Source of the DNA: an uncultured Verrucomicrobiota bacterium
GTDB lineage: Bacteria > Verrucomicrobiota > Verrucomicrobiia > Limisphaerales > UBA1096
Direction of reading: 5' to 3'
NCBI GenBank assembly: GCA_913030945.1
Contig: CAJWEP010000001.1
Span: forward strand, 1 to 58,140
Length of the DNA stretch: 58,140 nt
Shown in pieces: positions 18,222 to 27,752 of this stretch. Each line of letters starts with the position of its first letter. Position 1 is the stretch's first letter. The translations under genes were made by a program, and so were the position numbers. Under the pieces are notes generated by a model, which was not told the DNA's origin, ran no database searches, and saw nothing but the letters and a program-made list of their open reading frames with translations.

Positions 18222-18239
18222 GCTTGGCCAAGCGCTTGG
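18222..18239. repeat. Intergenic doublet of the iterated palindrome
   Basis: gcttggccaagcgcttgg fills most of the 31-nt spacer between the M42 peptidase and hydrolase genes. Confidence 0.8.
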
Positions 18240-18240
18240 T

Positions 18241-19314
18241 TTAGATCTTCACCTTGAACTGGTCGCCTTTTTTCAGCGACTTGGCGAAGCCGGCCATGAG
18301 TTGCGGAATCTGTTCGAGATCCTTGAGGCTGACCACCTCGACCGGCGAGTGCATGTAGCGGTTGGGCAGGCTGATGAGACCGCTCGGGATGCCGCCGCGT
18401 GTCCAGAAAACGGCGTCCGTGTCGGTGCCACTCGTGGCGGAGATGGCCTCATGCTGCAGGTTGATCTTAAGCCGCTTGGCCACCTGCTCGACTCGCCGGA
18501 TGACCTCGGGGTGGTTGCAGTTGCCATGAGTGACGGTGGGCCCTTGGCCAACCTTGATGTCTCCGTGCTGCCGCTTGTCAACGGTCGGGTAGTCGGTCGC
18601 GTGGGTGACGTCCATCACCAGTGCAACGTCGGGATGCAGCGAGTAGGCGATCTGCCGCGCGCCGAACAGGCCAACCTCCTCCATCGTGTTGGCGACAGCG
18701 CACACCTCGGCGTTGAGCTTGGACTTGCTGCTCTTGAGCAGGCGCAGCGTCTCGGCCACGGCCCATGTGCCAACGCGGTTGTCGAACGCACGCGCCACGG
18801 CGAGGTCGCCGCGCAACAGTTCGAACTGGTCATTGAGCGTGATTGGGTCGCCAATGCGGATAAGTTTCTCAGCGGCCTTGCGGGAGTCGACGCCAATGTC
18901 GACAAAAACCTCGTGAATCTTCGGCACCTTGAGCGCAGTGGTTGCAGTATTCATGAGGTGCGGTGCAACACTGCCGACGACCCCCTTCACCGGGCCTTTG
19001 CGAGTGTGGACAGTGACGCGCTGGGCCTTGGTTATCGCGGGGTTGGTACCGCCGAGCCGCCGCACGTACACGTAGCCGTTGTCGTCGATAAAATTGACAG
19101 TCATACCAATCTCGTCGGCGTGGCCGGCGAGCATGAGCCGCGGGCCGCCACCCTTGTTGAGCACGGCGACACAATTGCCGTAGGCGTCGGAATAGGTCTC
19201 GTCGGCGTACTGGCCGGCATAGTCCATCCAGACCCGCAGGCCGCGCGATTCATAGCCGGAGGGACTAGGCGTATTGACCAAAGTCTCGAGAAACTGGAGC
19301 GATCGCTTGTTCAT
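18241..19314 (-). CDS. M42 family metallopeptidase (glutamyl aminopeptidase/FrvX-like)
   Basis: 'FLETLVNTPSPSGYE', 'MLAGHADEIGM', 'NRVGTWAV', 'EEVGLFGA' are typical M42 blocks. Confidence 0.85.
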   Translation of the reverse strand: MNKRSLQFLETLVNTPSPSGYESRGLRVWMDYAGQYADETYSDAYGNCVAVLNKGGGPRLMLAGHADEIGMTVNFIDDNGYVYVRRLGGTNPAITKAQRVTVHTRKGPVKGVVGSVAPHLMNTATTALKVPKIHEVFVDIGVDSRKAAEKLIRIGDPITLNDQFELLRGDLAVARAFDNRVGTWAVAETLRLLKSSKSKLNAEVCAVANTMEEVGLFGARQIAYSLHPDVALVMDVTHATDYPTVDKRQHGDIKVGQGPTVTHGNCNHPEVIRRVEQVAKRLKINLQHEAISATSGTDTDAVFWTRGGIPSGLISLPNRYMHSPVEVVSLKDLEQIPQLMAGFAKSLKKGDQFKVKI

Positions 19315-19412
19315 GCGCGGCGATTAGGGGCGACAAACAGGGCCAATTCAAGTGCATTGTCGGCTTGCTTTTGGCAGGTGGCTTGCTTTGAATCACCCGT
19401 CCTTCTGGTCGA

Positions 19413-20426
19413 ATGGCTAAGATTACAAAAAAAGTCCAGGAACGGCTCCGCGCCGGTTTACGCCGGTTCAAGCCTCTGCTCAAGGTTGCCAGGGAGCGCG
19501 AAGCCAGTCGTGCGGACACCGCCACGCTGGCGATCGACCTGTTGTCGGACCTGTTCGGGTTCGACCGCTACTCGGAGGTGACGTCGGAACTGGACAACCG
19601 TGAGGCGGTTTATGATTTCGCGATTCACTCCGGTGGCTCGGTTGCCATGCTGGTTCGCGTCAGCCCGATTGGCGCCGCTCCGGATGACCGCTACCTGCTC
19701 GCCACGGCGCAGCACGCGCTGCTTAACGGCGTCGAGTGGATCATCCTGACCAACGGCATCGGCTGGCAGGTGCACCATGTCGAGGATGCCGGCAAAACCA
19801 AGCCGGAAACGCCGGTTGTACTGGCGTTCGACTTGTCGCACATGCAGCCGGGACGCACCGCGCACCTCGAGACGCTTTACTTGTTGACACGTGAGGGCCA
19901 TCAAGGTGCCGGGCTGGATCACTTCCGGCTACGGCTCGAGATGAGCAACCGCCACTTCCTTGGCGCAATGCTGTTGAGCGACCCGGTGGTGGCTGCCGTG
20001 CGGCGCGAGTTGCGGAAGCTCAGTACCGGACTGAAAATCACGCCTCTTGAGGTGCGCGAAAACCTGGCCAAGGGCGTGCTGCGCCCGGACGTCGCAGCCA
20101 GCAGCGAGACTGCCGCCGTGCTGGAGTTTTTACAGAAGATCAAGCAGGACGCGCTGGAGGCCAGACGCAAGGCAGCCGACCCCAACCGTTTCTCGGGCCG
20201 CAGGACACCGGGCAAAAAAAAGGCTGCGCCGGGCAAATGGACAGCCAAGCGCGGGGCGACGCGCAAGAAGCCGGTCTCGACGAAGTTCAGCATCGCAGCC
20301 AATAACCGGATGGTTCTCCAGATTTCCAAAAAGGCGGACATCAAAAAGGTGCTGCAACGCAGTGAAAGCGTCCCGGACAAGCCCCGCCGCCGGGGGCGCC
20401 TGCTCAACTGGGGCGCCAAGCCATGA
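19413..20426 (+). CDS. Hypothetical protein, HsdR_N/restriction-endonuclease-like N-terminus with strongly basic C-terminal tail
   Basis: 337-aa ORF in the coding-like frame. The N-terminal ~130 aa resemble the type I R-subunit N-terminal (PD-(D/E)xK-like) fold pattern 'E..YDFAI....VAMLVRV', but no clear E-x-K is present. The C-terminal ~90 aa are rich in K/R. ATGA overlap with the next gene. Confidence 0.45.
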   Translation: MAKITKKVQERLRAGLRRFKPLLKVAREREASRADTATLAIDLLSDLFGFDRYSEVTSELDNREAVYDFAIHSGGSVAMLVRVSPIGAAPDDRYLLATAQHALLNGVEWIILTNGIGWQVHHVEDAGKTKPETPVVLAFDLSHMQPGRTAHLETLYLLTREGHQGAGLDHFRLRLEMSNRHFLGAMLLSDPVVAAVRRELRKLSTGLKITPLEVRENLAKGVLRPDVAASSETAAVLEFLQKIKQDALEARRKAADPNRFSGRRTPGKKKAAPGKWTAKRGATRKKPVSTKFSIAANNRMVLQISKKADIKKVLQRSESVPDKPRRRGRLLNWGAKP

Positions 20427-21154
20427 AACACAGCCGGGCCTTCACACTGATCGAGTTGCTGGTGGTCATTGCCATCATCGCCATTTTGGCCGCCCTGCTG
20501 CTGCCGGCATTGGCCAAGGCCAAGGCCAAGGGGCAGGAAATATACTGCCTCAATAACATCAAGCAATTGACGCTCGCCGCCAAGATGTACAACGGCGACA
20601 ATGGCGATCGCTTCGCCTGGACCTTCACGCTCGTGGGCAGCCAGCAAAACCGGACATCGTGGTTCAACTATCTGCTACCGTATCAGGAAACCAAAAAGAC
20701 ACTGCGCTGTCCCAGCAAGCCGTTCAAGACCAAGGAGACCATTTACGACTTTGACCGAACCACGAACAACTACTCCGCAAGCTTCCGCCTCGGCGGCTGC
20801 AACTGGCCCGGTGTCTGGGAATACGCTCCGCTCAAGGAAAGCGCCGTCCGCAGCCCCGCCACGCTCGTTTATAAGACCGACGGCGGCAGCCTGCCGGTCA
20901 ACACCACCAACCCGAGGAAATGCGTCACGCCTCAATCACGCGAGAAACCCGGCTGCTGGATCATCCAAGACCCCGGCAGTAACGTACCATGCAGCTGTGG
21001 CACCAATCCCGGTGATCCCAATTGGGGCGGCCCGCACCTGCGCCATAGCGGCCGCAGCAATGTCAGCTTCACCGACGGCCACGCCGAGGTGCTGCCGTCA
21101 TTCAAGTGGTATTGGTCCGGCACGCCGTGGCTCGATCCCAAGCGCGGCGGTTAG
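20423..21154 (+). CDS. Prepilin-type N-terminal cleavage/methylation domain protein, DUF1559 'H-X9-DG' family
   Basis: '[26 protein letters not shown]' and C-terminal '[13 protein letters not shown]' (H-x9-DG). Confidence 0.85.
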   Translation: MKHSRAFTLIELLVVIAIIAILAALLLPALAKAKAKGQEIYCLNNIKQLTLAAKMYNGDNGDRFAWTFTLVGSQQNRTSWFNYLLPYQETKKTLRCPSKPFKTKETIYDFDRTTNNYSASFRLGGCNWPGVWEYAPLKESAVRSPATLVYKTDGGSLPVNTTNPRKCVTPQSREKPGCWIIQDPGSNVPCSCGTNPGDPNWGGPHLRHSGRSNVSFTDGHAEVLPSFKWYWSGTPWLDPKRGG

Positions 21155-21221
21155 CGAACCACTGCTTGGCCAAGCGGAGTTTGCGCTTGAGCGCGGGCTG
21201 GGCCGGGGTGAACCTTGCCGC

Positions 21222-21990
21222 TTGAGCGAGACACGGGAGACGCCGCAAACCATCCAACAACGAAAGGGCCGCGAGCCGATCGCGGCGCTGACCGCGTACG
21301 ACTTCCCAATGGCCAAACTGCTTGACGCCGCCGGGGTGCCGCTGCTGCTCGTCGGAGACTCGCTGGGGATGGTCGTCCTCGGCTACCCGGACACCACGCA
21401 TGTGGCGCTCGAAGAAATGGAGCATCACGTCCGCGCCGTGGCCCGGGCCAGGCCGCACGGTCTCGTCACCGCCGACCTCCCGTTTGAGACTTACGAAACA
21501 CCGGCGCAGGCTGTCGAGTCGGCCAAACGGCTGGTTGCTGCCGGCGCCGAGGCGGTCAAGGCTGAAGGTGGCCGGGCGATCCTGCCACAGATCGAGGCGA
21601 TCCGCGCCGCTGGCATTCCGTTCCTCGGGCATCTCGGCATGCTGCCTCAGAATATGCTCGAGGAGGGCGGCTATCGCATCAAGGGCCGCGACGAAGCGCA
21701 GCGGGAGGCCCTGCTCGCCGACGCCCTTGCGCTTGGCCAAGCGGGAGCATTTGGCATCGTGCTCGAGCTCGTGACACCGATCGTCGCAGCTGAGATCACG
21801 CACTTGGTTGAGATTCCAACCATCGGAATCGGTTCCGGTAAAAACTGCGATGGACAGATTCTGGTGACCACCGACCTGCTCGGCACCTCGCCGGATTTCA
21901 TCCCGAAACACGCCAAACCAGATGAGTTGCTCCGCGACCGAATGATTGGCATAATTCGCCGCTGGAGCGAAAACCTGATCGGGCCAATCA

Positions 21991-21998
<8 letters not shown>
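21222..21998 (+). CDS. panB: 3-methyl-2-oxobutanoate hydroxymethyltransferase
   Basis: '[36 protein letters not shown]...TADLPF...VKAEGG...[12 protein letters not shown]'. There is no ATG near the homology start, so I place the start at in-frame TTG 21222 (CTG 21198 is an alternative). The 465-aa track ORF is an artefactual extension across the pseudopilin gene. Confidence 0.85.
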
Positions 21999-22443
<445 letters not shown>

Positions 22444-22552
22444 TAGGCGTCGATTTACTGTAAACAAGTCGTGGCAGAAATTGTCTCGAAAAATGATCAA
22501 TTTGGTGTACCATCGGTCAGTCGTATTTGACTGTTTGTCAATCGCTTAGCCG

Positions 22553-23938
22553 ATGATGAAGGAGGCCGCACAAACGCAAAACACAGCCACGGACATCCAA
22601 ACGGACAGCCCGGCGGTTGGTTATGCATTCGACCGGTCTGAGTTCTGGCGGTCGATTCCCGCCTGGCGCGACATTGACGCGGAGACATTCGGCAACTTTC
22701 GCTGGCAGCAGCAGAATTCCATCACTTCGGTGCCGGGAATTCAGGAGGTGCTGCAGGGCTTGGCCACACCAACGCTGATCGCCGACATCGAGGACGGCCT
22801 GCTGAAGACGCCGATGAACGTGCGCCTCACGCCGTATATCTTCTCGAGGATCAATTGGGGCAACGTGGAGGACGACCCGGTGCGGCGTCAATTCCTGCCG
22901 CTGGGTTCGCAGTTTATTCCCGATCATCCGCATGCGATGGATGATTCCCTGAACGAGGATGGCCACAAGGCCACGCCCTACCTGACGCATCGTTACCCCG
23001 ACAAGGCCTTGTTTCTGCCACTGACACTTTGTCCGGTGTACTGCTCTTTCTGCACCCGAAGCCGGATGGTTGGTGGCAGCACCGCCGTAAAAAGCAAGTC
23101 CACCTACGGCGCCAAAACGAACGAATGGGATGCAACGTTTGAGTACATACGAAACAACTCGCAGCTCGAGGACATCGTAATCTCCGGAGGGGATGCACTC
23201 CTGCTCAGGCCCAGCCAAATTCACCAGATCGGCACGACACTTCTGGAAATCCCCACCATTCGCCGGATTCGCTTTGCAACCAAGGGGATCGCGATCATGC
23301 CGATGAAATTCACAAGCGACACCGAATGGGTGGAGGCACTGGCGGAAGTCTGTCGGATGGGCCGGGATCGGATGAAGGAAGTCGCAATGCACACACACTT
23401 CAACACCGACAGGGAAATCACGGCATGGACATCCCGGGCGATGAAGGCGCTGTCCGAAACCGGTGTGCGGGTGCGCAATCAGTCCGTGCTCGTCAGCGGC
23501 GTGAACGACTCGTTCGACTGCCTGCATCGCACGGCCAAAAAACTCTCCAGCCAGCTCATTCAGCCGTACTACATCTATCTGCACGACATGGTGCCGGGTT
23601 GCGAACACCTGCGCACCACCGTCCGAACGGCAGAACAACTGTCGCGCCGCCTTCAGGGATCGATCGCTGGATTCAACACTCCCCGCGTTGTCTGTGATGC
23701 GCCAGGCGGCGGCGGAAAACGGGAAATATCGAGTTACTCGCTCTACGATCAGGAGATCGGTGTTTCCGCATGGACGTCACCCACGGCCAAGCCGGGCGAG
23801 ATTTTCTACTACTACGACCCCATCCACCGGCTGCCGAACGAGGGCCAAGCGCTTTGGGCCAACGAGCCCGAAATCAACCGACGCTTGGCCAAGTTCAAGG
23901 CCGAGGCGATGGCCAAGGCTGAAGCGACTCGGATTTGA
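22553..23938 (+). CDS. kamA: KamA-family radical SAM aminomutase (lysine 2,3-aminomutase-like)
   Basis: 'LTHRYPDKALFLPLTLCPVYCSFCTRS' (CxxxCxxC), 'ISGGDALL', 'CDAPGGGGK'. The N-terminal 'FRWQQQNSI' is typical of KamA. Confidence 0.9.
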   Translation: MMKEAAQTQNTATDIQTDSPAVGYAFDRSEFWRSIPAWRDIDAETFGNFRWQQQNSITSVPGIQEVLQGLATPTLIADIEDGLLKTPMNVRLTPYIFSRINWGNVEDDPVRRQFLPLGSQFIPDHPHAMDDSLNEDGHKATPYLTHRYPDKALFLPLTLCPVYCSFCTRSRMVGGSTAVKSKSTYGAKTNEWDATFEYIRNNSQLEDIVISGGDALLLRPSQIHQIGTTLLEIPTIRRIRFATKGIAIMPMKFTSDTEWVEALAEVCRMGRDRMKEVAMHTHFNTDREITAWTSRAMKALSETGVRVRNQSVLVSGVNDSFDCLHRTAKKLSSQLIQPYYIYLHDMVPGCEHLRTTVRTAEQLSRRLQGSIAGFNTPRVVCDAPGGGGKREISSYSLYDQEIGVSAWTSPTAKPGEIFYYYDPIHRLPNEGQALWANEPEINRRLAKFKAEAMAKAEATRI

Positions 23939-24045
23939 TTCACTTGGCCAAGCGCCAGCCGTCGATATTCGAACTCGGCCCTTCTTTGCATCAATGGATT
24001 TTGAACGAGCGATAGACGATCGGAGTCCATAAACGGCTCAGGAGC

Positions 24046-24756
24046 TTGAATTCAGCTGTCCAGTCTTTTCAGAGTGCCATTGCCCTTTGTCGCGGGGACA
24101 GGCGACTGCTTGCGGATTGGATTGAAGCGGCCCAAAAGGGTTCCACTCAATATTGCATGGCGCTCATTACGCTGGGGTGCGGCGCCTATGGGTTCACCGT
24201 GGGCCTGCGGAATGGTTGGGAGATGGGGGCGTATGTCGCGATCAAGTTGCCGTTGATTCTTTTCATCACCCTGCTGTTCAACGGCCTGCTCAATGGCCTG
24301 CTGGGATTGGTGCTTGGGAGTGGGATTGGTATCCGGAAAAGCATTCAGTTTCTACTCACCGGCTTTGCCATCATGGCGGTGGTTCTCGGGGCGCTCAGCC
24401 CGGTTAGTTTCTTTGCCACTCTCAACATGCCTGCGTCGGGCGATGGCTCCGGGAACCACGCTTGGCATGGCGCCAGCCTGTTGATGCACACCTCCCTGAT
24501 CGCCTTCGCAGGCATCACGGCACATGCTCGACTGCTTCATTACGTTCGTGAGTTTGCGGACTCCAACCGTGCAGGGACACATGCATTTTTCGCTTGGTTG
24601 ACTGGCAATCTTTTTGTCGGAGCACAGATATCATGGAATTTGCGTCCGTTCTTTGTTTCGCCGGGGCTTAAGGTGGAATTCCTCAGGGACGATCCGTTCA
24701 ACGGCAACTTTTATGAGTCGGTGATGGTTGCCTTTAAAAATATCGCTCAATTTTAA
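24046..24756 (+). CDS. Hypothetical multi-pass membrane protein (paralog of next gene)
   Basis: About 5-6 hydrophobic segments. C-terminal 'FFAWLTGNLFVGAQISWNLRPFF' is mirrored in the next gene. The start (TTG 24046) is uncertain; ATG 24157 is an alternative. Confidence 0.5.
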   Translation: MNSAVQSFQSAIALCRGDRRLLADWIEAAQKGSTQYCMALITLGCGAYGFTVGLRNGWEMGAYVAIKLPLILFITLLFNGLLNGLLGLVLGSGIGIRKSIQFLLTGFAIMAVVLGALSPVSFFATLNMPASGDGSGNHAWHGASLLMHTSLIAFAGITAHARLLHYVREFADSNRAGTHAFFAWLTGNLFVGAQISWNLRPFFVSPGLKVEFLRDDPFNGNFYESVMVAFKNIAQF

Positions 24757-24783
24757 TGATTAAACTTTCACAACAGGCATAAT

Positions 24784-25542
24784 ATGACTGAAGAAAAACA
24801 CGAATCGAAACAGGTGAACCCCCAACGGATTCCCGGTGTAATTCCCCCCAGCGGCGGCAGCGCTCATACGGATTATGCTCCTTTGGAAGGAGGAAGCTCC
24901 TTCTCCAACTTGATGAGTAAACTTCTACGGAAGCCGCTGACTATTTTTCACGAACTGGAAACGAAGGAAGTGTCTTGGAAGATTCCCGTCACGCTGCTTT
25001 TGATTTCGATGGTGTGCCTGTCGGTTTTTGGCTTGGTCGTGGGCACCTTTTCCTGGGGGAATCAAATATGGGCGGCGCCTCTCAAGATTGTTTCCGGGTT
25101 GATGTTCAGCGCGGCAATATGCCTGCCGAGCCTTTACATCTTCACCTGCATAGGCGGATTGGAAGCCAAGTTCAGTTCGGTCGTGGGCATGCTCTGCGCG
25201 ATCGTCGCGCTCTCCGGGCTATTGCTGGTAGGATTTGCCCCCGTCGTTTGGCTGTTTAGCGTCTCCAGCACATCAGCGGTGTTTATCGGGTTCATGCTCC
25301 TTGCGCTTTGGCTGATCAGTGTCGGGTTCGGCTTCTCGCTGGTCTTTCGTGCCGGGAAGGCCATGGGGATGACTAACACCGGCCATCTCTTTGTGTGGTG
25401 CCTGATTTTTCTTTTGGTAACGATTCAAATGACGACCACCCTCCGGCCGATCGTCGGTGAATCGGATTTGTTATTTAACTTCAGCGAAAAGAAATTCTTC
25501 CTCCAGTACTGGAGCGAGCAACTTCAGGAAACGACCAGGTAG
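24784..25542 (+). CDS. Hypothetical multi-pass membrane protein (paralog of previous gene)
   Basis: Soluble N-terminus, then about 5-6 TM segments. 'LFVWCLIFLLVTIQMTTTLRPIV' parallels the previous gene. Confidence 0.6.
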   Translation: MTEEKHESKQVNPQRIPGVIPPSGGSAHTDYAPLEGGSSFSNLMSKLLRKPLTIFHELETKEVSWKIPVTLLLISMVCLSVFGLVVGTFSWGNQIWAAPLKIVSGLMFSAAICLPSLYIFTCIGGLEAKFSSVVGMLCAIVALSGLLLVGFAPVVWLFSVSSTSAVFIGFMLLALWLISVGFGFSLVFRAGKAMGMTNTGHLFVWCLIFLLVTIQMTTTLRPIVGESDLLFNFSEKKFFLQYWSEQLQETTR

Positions 25543-25570
25543 ACGATCCAGCCAAGCGCTCGTGTCCAGA

Positions 25571-26908
25571 TCACTTGGCCAAGCGCTTGGCCAATCTCTT
25601 GAACGTTGGCAGCTTGCCCAAGTCCTTCTCCTCAAGGCGCATGTACACGGCGCGGTTCCAGAGGTGTGGGAGGAATAGGTGAATCGTGCCGTTGTCGATC
25701 ACGGCATCCATGTAGGATGAGTTGTGGTTGAACCAGCCGTTCTTCGCAGGGTTGGATCGGGTGGCGTTGGTGAAGAGAAACTGCGGTTCACTCCAGTTGC
25801 GCCCTCCGTTCTTGGACAATGAAATCCAAATTTCCGCCCTGTCGCGCATGCCATCCATCTTGCCGGTCAGTCCGACGTACTGTGTGTTGATGTGCCGATT
25901 GTGGTGAAACGCAATCAGCGTTTTGCCATTACTCAGGTGAAACACCATCGGCGGCGCGTCCGGATGAACGAGCGCCGAGGGCTTGGGATCGGTCCACGTC
26001 TTGCCATCGTCCATGCTGCGCGCCTCCCAAATGCGACCGGTGGGGGTACGGGCCATGAAATAAACCTCGCCATTCCCCAGATAAATCGGGCGCCCTTCAT
26101 CCATGCGACTGTACTTGGGAGAGAACCAGCCGTCGGGACGTTTGCCGGGGAGCAGTGTCCATGAATTGCCCCTGTCCTCGCTACGCAAAATGTACTGCCG
26201 CGTGATGAGCGGATTCTTGGACCAGTCCGCCGCGTGCGAGCCAAGGATCCACGCGCCGGAATCGGTCTCGCACATCCGCGTGACCGACATGCCAAGAAAG
26301 CCCGGATCGTTCTTCGGCTTGATCAACGTGATGCCGCTCCAAGAGTGGCCGTCGTCGTCCGACCAGCGAAACCCGATCGGGGTGTTTTCGTGCCGTCCCT
26401 TTTCCCGGCTGTACTTGCTGGGAATCGGTTGGGTGCCGAAAGCATAAATGCGCTTGCTGCCCCTTGGGACCAGCGGGATGAACCCGTGCTGACTGTAATC
26501 AATGTCAAACGCGATCGAGGGGCCTTTCCACGTTTTGCCGTTGTCGCTGGAGCGGTAGGCGATCATGTCGTTCACCTTCCCGCTGCTGGCAGCGTAATGG
26601 TTTCCCTCGGGAAACATCAGAAGTAAATCCCCCTTCGGGGTGCGCACGCCGCGTGTCTCAAAGAGACCGCGAAGCCCCTTCTTCGCCGTGTGCAACAGTT
26701 GACCTTTCAGGACTCGATGCCGCAACAGGCCAAGTTGCTTGTCGGCAACCAAACCGCGGAGCGGTTCGGCGAGTCTGACCTTAAGCGGGGTTTTCACCCC
26801 AATCGAAAGATCACCGACAAGCGGGCTTTCAGCGTTGATTTGATGGGGGCCACACAAAAACCCAGCCAAAGACAAACTGGCAAAGAAAAATGAATCAAAC
26901 GGTTTCAC
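25571..26908 (-). CDS. Secreted BNR/Asp-box repeat glycosidase (sialidase-like beta-propeller)
   Basis: Five Asp-box motifs: 'SSDNGKTW', 'SDDDGHSW', 'SEDRGNSW', 'SMDDGKTW', 'SKNGGRNW'. N-terminal signal present. Confidence 0.75.
   Translation of the reverse strand: MKPFDSFFFASLSLAGFLCGPHQINAESPLVGDLSIGVKTPLKVRLAEPLRGLVADKQLGLLRHRVLKGQLLHTAKKGLRGLFETRGVRTPKGDLLLMFPEGNHYAASSGKVNDMIAYRSSDNGKTWKGPSIAFDIDYSQHGFIPLVPRGSKRIYAFGTQPIPSKYSREKGRHENTPIGFRWSDDDGHSWSGITLIKPKNDPGFLGMSVTRMCETDSGAWILGSHAADWSKNPLITRQYILRSEDRGNSWTLLPGKRPDGWFSPKYSRMDEGRPIYLGNGEVYFMARTPTGRIWEARSMDDGKTWTDPKPSALVHPDAPPMVFHLSNGKTLIAFHHNRHINTQYVGLTGKMDGMRDRAEIWISLSKNGGRNWSEPQFLFTNATRSNPAKNGWFNHNSSYMDAVIDNGTIHLFLPHLWNRAVYMRLEEKDLGKLPTFKRLAKRLAK
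25574..25594. repeat. Doublet of the iterated palindrome at convergent gene ends
   Basis: cttggccaagcgcttggccaa encodes the last residues (RLAKRLAK*) of the BNR gene. A partner half, gccaagcgct, lies at 25551-25560. Confidence 0.8.
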
Positions 26909-27053
26909 TGCACAAAGACCGTCAGTTCTATCATCTCACAATTCAAGTGGATTTACTCGTTATTCGCGCTTGGCCAAGCAGAATTCCGTAAATTACTTGG
27001 CTTTTCTTCACTGTCGGGACCGCGCACAACGGCTGGAATGAGAGCGAAACCCC

Positions 27054-27752
27054 TTGCTCTTCCCATCAACAAAAACCTGCAAAATATTACTTGCACACAT
27101 TTACTTTGCGCGACAAAGTATACCCGTGAACGCTAACTGGCCTGAAGAAAACCTCAAAATAATTCGAAATCTGATGGAGCATGCCGCTCTCTATCGTCGT
27201 GCGCTGGCACCCGTGGCCATCACCGTCGGTGTGCTCGGCCTGGCTGCCGCCGCGTTTGCTCAGGCCGTTGGGTGGACTGAGCCCAATCGTTTTGCCGCAT
27301 TTTGGATGGGGGTCGCCGGGATTTCGATGCTGTCAGCACTGTTGCTGATTCGAAGGCAGGCACTGAAGGGAGGCGAAGAATTTTGGTCGCCCCCCACGCG
27401 AAGAGTAGCTCAGGCCATGGCTCCAATGTTGGCCGCTGGATTGGGACTGGGGCTCCTGGAGTTGTTGCGTACTCCAATGGAACGGGATGGCATTCGCCTT
27501 GCGGCAATATGGATGATCCTGTACGGGGGTGCATTGAATTCAGCTGGTTTTTTTATGCAACGCGGACTGAGGCTCTTCGGCTGGCTTTTTGTTGTTATCG
27601 GAATTATTTGCCATGGTATTTTGGAGTTTGGGGAAACCTCCTGGCTTGTCGACACTCAATCTCATTGGTTAATGGGATGGGCTTTTGGAATCAACAATTT
27701 GGCATACGGCTTGTATTTGAAACTGACTGCGGAACCCTTGGAAACCGAGTGA
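27054..27752 (+). CDS. Hypothetical membrane protein (partner of winged-helix regulator)
   Basis: Five or more TM segments. The stop overlaps the downstream GTG (GTGA). The start is uncertain: TTG 27054, GTG 27126 or ATG 27171. Confidence 0.5.
   Translation: MLFPSTKTCKILLAHIYFARQSIPVNANWPEENLKIIRNLMEHAALYRRALAPVAITVGVLGLAAAAFAQAVGWTEPNRFAAFWMGVAGISMLSALLLIRRQALKGGEEFWSPPTRRVAQAMAPMLAAGLGLGLLELLRTPMERDGIRLAAIWMILYGGALNSAGFFMQRGLRLFGWLFVVIGIICHGILEFGETSWLVDTQSHWLMGWAFGINNLAYGLYLKLTAEPLETE
27102..27120. promoter_or_regulatory. Candidate operator (7-5-7 perfect inverted repeat) upstream of the membrane/wHTH pair
   Basis: TACTTTG-CGCGA-CAAAGTA. It is preceded by a direct half-site copy TTACTTG at 27088-27094. 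Confidence 0.35.

Noticed and set aside
17734-19581. 615-aa plus-strand ORF antisense to the alpha/beta-hydrolase and M42 peptidase genes
   Set aside because: Same argument. The opposite strand carries genes with strong motifs (GLSGGG elbow, M42 blocks), and this ORF reads across an intergenic spacer.
20508-20530. GGCCAA(G) microsatellite-like run (ggccaaggccaaggccaagg)
   Set aside because: It simply encodes the 'LAKAKAKG' segment that follows the pilin-like N-terminal helix (the second DUF1559 gene has a comparable 'LAKAKEKG'). It is not an independent repeat element, though it is related in sequence to the iterated palindrome half-site.
20601-21221. N-terminal 207 codons of the 465-aa 'PanB' track ORF
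   Set aside because: This part overlaps the DUF1559 pseudopilin gene in another frame and is Pro/Arg/Ala-rich. PanB homology begins only near 21240, so I use TTG 21222 as the start.
22527-22541. TTGAC-tgttt-GTCAA inverted repeat upstream of the KamA-family gene
   Set aside because: The arms are only 5 bp, so this could be chance or simply a -35-like TTGAC box. It is too weak to call an operator.
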